From: a bacterium
GTDB taxonomy: Bacteria; UBA8248
Length of the DNA: 64,000 nt
Assembly: GCA_965219955.1 (NCBI GenBank)
Contig: OZ244799.1
Coordinates: forward strand, 3,616,001 to 3,680,000
Direction: 5' to 3'
In this document: piece after piece, positions 59,224 through 64,000 of the stretch
Layout: every line of letters begins with the position of its first letter
How positions within the stretch are numbered: the first letter of the stretch is position 1
Notes under the pieces: generated by a model
The model's database searches: none
Seen by the model: the letters and a program-made list of their open reading frames with translations, nothing else
What the model was told of the DNA's origin: nothing
Translations under genes and position numbers: made by a program

Positions 59224-60246
59224 CTACTTCAAAAACTCGTCCGTCCACACGTCGCTGCGCTTGACGCTCTTCAGGTTCTTGAGCTTGCCGCCGCTCTTCA
59301 TGATGTTGAACGTGGTCTGGACGGCCTCGTCGGTCATCTTGCCGGTCGGGTTGACCGCGCCCTTCACCGTGGCGACCGAGATGCGAAGCGCCTCGGGCGT
59401 GACGCGCGTGCCGAAGAACGGCGTCATGTCCTTGGTGAGCTGCTCGACGGAGGTCTTCTGGATGTAGTTCTGGGACTTCATGACCGCCCGCGCCATCCGC
59501 TTCACGAGGCCGGGGCGCTCCTTTATGAGCTTGGGCGTGGTCATGACGGCCGTCATCATGAACTCCTTGATGGCCTTGTCCTCGCCGGCCGCCCAGTTCA
59601 CGAACCACATGCCGAGCCCCTCGCTGAGCATGCGCTCGGGGTGGGGCGTGGAGATGGTGAAGATGTCGATCTTGCGGTTCTTGAAGGCCGGCAGCATGGT
59701 GCCGCCGCCGCCCACGGCGAGGATGCGCACGTCCGCGGGAACCTTCATCCCCGCGCGGCCCAGCAGGTTGCGGGCGAGCACGTCGGTGAGGGCGCCCGGC
59801 CGCGTCACGCCTACCTTCAAGCCCTTCGCGCGTTTGACCTTCTCCATGAGCGGCATGCCGTCCTTGATGCCCGCCTTCTTGGCGGCGTCCTTGTGGATGA
59901 CCATGCCGATGATGTTGCGCCTGAGCAGGTCCACGAAGCCGATGGCCCGCTTGCCGGAGTTGAGCGCGTTCAGCTGGTAGGTGCCGGGGCTGGCGGTGAA
60001 CTCCGCCTTGCCCGCCAGGACGGCCGTCAGGTGCGGTCCGCCGCCCGCGGTGGCCTTCACGTCCAGGGTGAGGCCCTCTTCCTTGAAGAATCCTTTTATC
60101 CTTCCCACGTAGATCGGGAAGAAGCTCAGGCTGTCCACCGGCTGGGTGAGGATGACCTTGTCGGCGGCGGGCGCGGCGCCCGTGAGCGTGAGCGAAAGCG
60201 CGAGAGCGCCGATTACCGGGAGAATTCGTGTCCATTTACGCCACAT
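59224..60246 (-). CDS. ABC transporter substrate-binding protein (SsuA/NMT1-like)
   Basis: Signal peptide; KGFFKEEGL, GVTRPGALT; upstream of the ATPase and permease. Confidence 0.88.
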   Translation of the reverse strand: MWRKWTRILPVIGALALSLTLTGAAPAADKVILTQPVDSLSFFPIYVGRIKGFFKEEGLTLDVKATAGGGPHLTAVLAGKAEFTASPGTYQLNALNSGKRAIGFVDLLRRNIIGMVIHKDAAKKAGIKDGMPLMEKVKRAKGLKVGVTRPGALTDVLARNLLGRAGMKVPADVRILAVGGGGTMLPAFKNRKIDIFTISTPHPERMLSEGLGMWFVNWAAGEDKAIKEFMMTAVMTTPKLIKERPGLVKRMARAVMKSQNYIQKTSVEQLTKDMTPFFGTRVTPEALRISVATVKGAVNPTGKMTDEAVQTTFNIMKSGGKLKNLKSVKRSDVWTDEFLK

Positions 60247-60477
60247 GAAATTGCTCCTTTTACGAATTGGAGGATTGGTTCCAGGGACGTTCGCGTCCCT
60301 GCAATACAGGTCGTCTGAATCTGTTTTGTGGGGAGTTTATAGCATGGCCGATTCCCGACCGCAATTCAGAACGCGCCCCCGCGATCTTGCGCCGGGACGG
60401 CGGTTTGGCGCGACCGATGGAGGAGCGTTTGCGCCTTTTGCAGGGGACAATCCCTCCTCAGGATTGTCCACGCATAC

Positions 60478-60840
60478 GGGGTTGTTGAAAATACCTTTCT
60501 CAAGGAGATCCATCGAAAACTCCCTTGAGGGGAGAGAATCCCGATCATCGAATTGTTCACCGTAGGGACAGGCCTCTGTGCCTGTCCTAACGAAGGACAA
60601 CCACGGAGGGTTGTCCCTACAAAACCATCACGAAGGTTTTTCAACAACCCCCTCAAGGGGGAGTGAATACCCTCTCTCCTCGCTTGGAATAAAGGTCGTC
60701 ATTCCGGCGAAAGCCGGAATCCATTCTAAAGCAGAATGATGATACCCCGGCTTTTCATCTCATCGTCGTTGGAGGGAATCATTCAGAAAATAAAAGACAA
60801 AAGCGAAACCAAATGGATTCCGGCTCAAGGCCGGAATGAC
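60478..60840. mobile_element. TIR element with REP-C pair, then an E half and a REP-A pair
   Basis: GGGGTTGTTGAAAAT ... TTTTTCAACAACCCC-CTCAAGGGGGAGTGA; REP-C 60562-60620; REP-A 60698-60840. Confidence 0.82.
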
Positions 60841-60897
60841 GGCAATCGGCAATCCCGGCGAGGGAGCCGGGCGCGAAGGACGCCGGAGACCCCCCCC

Positions 60898-62256
60898 TCA
60901 CGCCTTCTTGAAGCGCCGGCCGTACATCGTGCGCCCGTAGAAGTTGAACCACTTCCTGGCTTCGGTGTCGCGGAACGGGTAGTCCGCGCCCATCTGCCTC
61001 GCCGCGGCGAGGCCCGTGACGAAGCAGGTCTCCTGGCTGTTGATGAGCGTGTGGGCGCCGCAGTGCCAGGTCCGCCGCCTCCCCTGCGCGAAGCGGAACA
61101 TGGGCATGAGCAGGGCCACGTGGCGCACGTCGTGCACGATGTGCTGGAACCACCACCGCTTGACGATCTTCGCCTCGTCGATAGGGCTGACGGGGTTGTA
61201 CGTCACCAGGCACGGCTTGTCGGAGCGCTTCGCCCAGGGCTGCTGGTTGTGCATGATGTAGGTGATCTCGTAGTTGTCGGGCCGCGCGCCGTACTGCTCG
61301 ATGTGGTTGCTGCGGGTTTCGAGCGCGCGGACGCCGCTCACCGGCAGCACCGAGGCGTCCGAATGGACGACCGTGTGGTTGTGCAGTTCGCTCTCGTAGC
61401 GGATCGAGGAGAGGAGCCAGCTCTCGAAGCGGGTCGGCGCGTCCAGCATCATCAGCGTCTGGTTCGCGTTGCAGGCGAAGACGACGTCGTCGAACGTCTC
61501 AGCCTCACCCTCCTCATCCTCCACGACGACCTCGGCTGCGCCCCGGCGCACCTTCCGCACCGGCCGGCTAAGATAGATCTTCTCCCGGAAATCCGCCGAG
61601 AGCGCCTCGTAGATGCGCCGCGTGCCGCGCTCCCAGGTCTGCATCGGCGTGGCGGATTCGATGTCGAAGAACTCCAGGTACCGCGAGAACAGGGACGCGG
61701 GCATGTCGAACACGTTCGTCGCCATCAGGAAGTTCACGAACATGGGCTTGAGTATCTTGTACCTGAAATCGCCGGAAAACCCGCCCAGGTTCAGAACCGC
61801 GCCCATGCTGACGTAGTTGAACGGGTTGAGCGCCGCCAGGAGTCTCGAGCGCGAGCGGCTGAGCGCGCCGAACCACTTGAGGCGTCTTAAGACTTTCTGG
61901 AACTTCTCGATTTCAGGCTGAAGCTGCCTGCGGATGTCCGAATCGAAATCGTGCGCGTAGACGCCGCCGCGGTACTTCACGCTGTAGCTGAAGCGGGTGT
62001 CGAGCAGCTCGATTCCGTAGCTTTGCATGAGCAGGAGGATGTGGTGGTACACCTTCGGGATGCAGGCGGTGACGGAGATGTCGAAGGGGATGGAGGAGCC
62101 GTCTTCCTGGGGCATGTCGGCGGTGACGGCGTTGCCGCCCACCTGGGCCTGCGCCTCGTACACGCGGAAATCGAACCGCTCGGGATGGCGGTTCAGCGCC
62201 CAGGCCGCCCCCAGGCCCGAAACCCCCGCACCGATGATGGCGACTCTTCTCGGCAT
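60898..62256 (-). CDS. FAD/NAD-binding oxidoreductase (amine oxidase-like)
   Basis: VAIIGAGVSGLGAAW Rossmann motif, EAQAQVGG, TWHCGAH. Confidence 0.82.
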   Translation of the reverse strand: MPRRVAIIGAGVSGLGAAWALNRHPERFDFRVYEAQAQVGGNAVTADMPQEDGSSIPFDISVTACIPKVYHHILLLMQSYGIELLDTRFSYSVKYRGGVYAHDFDSDIRRQLQPEIEKFQKVLRRLKWFGALSRSRSRLLAALNPFNYVSMGAVLNLGGFSGDFRYKILKPMFVNFLMATNVFDMPASLFSRYLEFFDIESATPMQTWERGTRRIYEALSADFREKIYLSRPVRKVRRGAAEVVVEDEEGEAETFDDVVFACNANQTLMMLDAPTRFESWLLSSIRYESELHNHTVVHSDASVLPVSGVRALETRSNHIEQYGARPDNYEITYIMHNQQPWAKRSDKPCLVTYNPVSPIDEAKIVKRWWFQHIVHDVRHVALLMPMFRFAQGRRRTWHCGAHTLINSQETCFVTGLAAARQMGADYPFRDTEARKWFNFYGRTMYGRRFKKA

Positions 62257-62350
62257 GGCCCCCGCTCGCTGGTAGGGAAGAAAGATGGGGATAAGGATAA
62301 ACGTGAATGGGTGAGGAGGGAAGTGGGTCAAACGCGATTGACCCTGACAA

Positions 62351-62568
62351 GGGTCTGTTGAAAAAGCCCTAGGAGAGGGGAATCACTCCCCCCTTGAGGG
62401 GGAGTCGAAGAGGCCGAGCGTTTTTTGCGAAGGCCGATTCGGTGGGGGGTGAAATGTGTTTATCGCCATCCGAATTATCCCCCCCACCAGTTCGCTTGCG
62501 GGCTTGCGCCCTTAGCTCACTGTCTGGCTTTCCCCTCGGGAAGCCAGACCCTCAAGGGGGGAGTGATT
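62351..62568. repeat. TIR left end plus E element (inverted copy of 58962-59125) with an extra hairpin module
   Basis: Shared core CCCCCCACCAGTTCGCTTGCGGGCTTGCGCCCTTAGCTCACTG; extra hairpin 62522-62549. Confidence 0.82.
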
Positions 62569-62907
62569 CAGAACCCTCGTTCCTCGTTCGGGGGCTGATC
62601 GCAAACATCAAATATATTCACGCCTTTTAGATAAAATCCCGTGAATGAGGGGCATATTTCGGGGTCTATTCACGGGAAATCGATGTTTTGGCGTGAATGG
62701 GATGGTTCTTGTAATCCAACGCCGCCCGCCGCCGGACCATCCCCGCGTTTCGCGAGAAGGGGGTGTGGAAGATCGGGGAGGGGGAGTCGATCAGGGAGTG
62801 ACCTCTGCGTGGGGTGCGCCGTCTTCCTGTGGCATATCGGCGAAGCCGAACCTTCCTGCAACCCACAACGGAAAGCAGATAAGGAAAATACAACTGGGGA
62901 GCGTTGC

Positions 62908-63114
62908 TTAATAGATTTTCCCGGACGCCACCTCTTTTTCGATGAAAGCATCCAACGGCGCCGTGCTTTTCAGCTTCAGGCATTCGCGCAGGATGCCGAA
63001 TTGCGCCGGGCCGACCATGATGTCAAGCCCTTGCGGAATCCCGCCGAAGACCTTCTCCCATTCTTCCGTTATCTCCAGTTCCTCACGAGCTTGTTCTACG
63101 GTCAAAGGTATCAT
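62908..63114 (-). CDS. Small hypothetical protein (68 aa)
   Basis: GGAGGGAG RBS; MIPLTVEQAREELE...; ATGA overlap with the upstream fragment. Confidence 0.6.
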   Translation of the reverse strand: MIPLTVEQAREELEITEEWEKVFGGIPQGLDIMVGPAQFGILRECLKLKSTAPLDAFIEKEVASGKIY

Positions 63115-63237
63115 GGGGCTCCCTCCGCAATATCGCGCAGCACGCGAATCGTCGCCTTGTTCATTTCGGGCAGCATCTTCTCCACGACGCGGCGCGCGAA
63201 TGCGCCCGTCCCCGTCGCCGAGACGACGTCGGCATTT
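63111..63237 (-). pseudogene. 3' remnant of an unknown gene
   Basis: Start-less frame NADVVSATGTGAFARRVVEKMLPEMNKATIRVLRDIAEGAP*, with the stop coupled to the next ATG. Confidence 0.4.
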
Positions 63238-63334
63238 TAGCTGATCGACGCCTGCCCGCAATATAGGGCGCGAAGACAAGCCTTGCCTACCCTCTCACTA
63301 TCTCCACCTCATGCTCCCCCTCCGAGTCCGGCCA

Positions 63335-63580
63335 TCAATTAGACGTGCGGCGGAGAACCAGGGCCTCGACGACCTCGGCCGCCTCTGGTGTCTCTTCCGC
63401 CGAATAGGGCGGGTCTCCGTGCCGTCCATCCCACTCATGCTTCCCCGTGTTCAGGCATATCTTCGCTATGGATATCCGCCCAGGCGTCAGGTCGTCGTAG
63501 CCGTTTTCGTAGCCGTTCACCACGACGCGCAGGCCGGCGGGATATTCCTGAAGCAGTTCGACCAACTCACCGACCAACAT
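63335..63580 (-). CDS. Small hypothetical protein (81 aa)
   Basis: GAGGAG RBS; MLVGELVELLQEYP...VVVNGYENGYDD. Confidence 0.7.
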   Translation of the reverse strand: MLVGELVELLQEYPAGLRVVVNGYENGYDDLTPGRISIAKICLNTGKHEWDGRHGDPPYSAEETPEAAEVVEALVLRRTSN

Positions 63581-63591
63581 CTACGCTCTCC

Positions 63592-63690
63592 TCACATCGG
63601 GAATCCCAACGTCTTCAGGTTCCCGGCGATGGCGGCGTCCAGCCTCACGCCCTCTTTCTGCCGCTCGCGCCATGGTTCCTTCGTCTCGGT
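63592..63690 (-). pseudogene. hsdM: C-terminal remnant of type I R-M methyltransferase HsdM
   Basis: WRERQKEGVRLDAAIAGNLKTLGF matches the HsdM C-terminal pattern as I recall it (LDAAIxxNLKxLG); no start codon. Confidence 0.6.
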
Positions 63691-63947
63691 TGTCAGGCGT
63701 CATCGGTGGATATGTCATTTGCCGCAGGGCAGTTTACAAACCGGGGCGACCCTTGTCATCCGGTAAATTCGGTGAGCCGAAAGCGGTATTGCTCGCTGAG
63801 TCTGGTTGTATTCGTTCGAACAGGAAAAAGGGAGCAGATAACATGAGCTTGAGGGTTTCTGATCATTTTACCCCGCGCAGGCAGAGGCTATGGATCTTGC
63901 GCGAATATGAAACCATGAGTCAATCGGCAAGATTCTCGCTCATTGGC

Positions 63948-64000
63948 CGGCAACCCCTCCCTCCTCAGTCGGAATTAACCCCCCAACCCCCCTTGTCGGC
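63948..64000. repeat. Start of another repeat mosaic (loop-module variant + D hairpin)
   Basis: CCCTCCCTCCTCAGTCGGAATT followed by AACCCCCCAACCCCCCTTGTC. Confidence 0.65.

Overview
A GC-rich bacterial chromosomal segment of about 55 genes. Housekeeping and respiratory genes include rqcH/NFACT (5' partial), hemW, rimK-like, proA, a complete A1-type aa3 cytochrome c oxidase operon with assembly genes and a linked ABC-2 exporter, tRNA-Arg(ACG), a tandem-domain thyX and queG. It also carries many solute transporters (TctBAC, SSS, TAXI-TRAP, SsuABC/TauABC-like ABC, AEC, RND) and small catabolic enzymes. Four things stand out. (1) About ten intergenic 'Russian-doll' repeat mosaics: a transposase-less element with GGG(C/T)TGTTGAAAAA terminal inverted repeats carries different REP/REPIN families as cargo and is itself inserted into the hairpin loops of other repeat families. 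(2) A lower-GC AAA_21 ATPase + DUF4276 (TOPRIM-like) cassette, a candidate anti-phage system, splits an RND operon and is flanked by a 10-bp direct repeat. (3) A ~1.3-kb ORF-free region holds a TTGACA promoter followed by a highly structured candidate ncRNA and two tandem 100-bp MITE-like units, next to a hicBA pair whose toxin has a premature stop. (4) A sigma54-promoted small-protein/USP unit and a decayed island with an hsdM remnant. No transposase, RAYT, reverse transcriptase or CRISPR array is visible. All family calls come from motif recognition by eye, not database searches.
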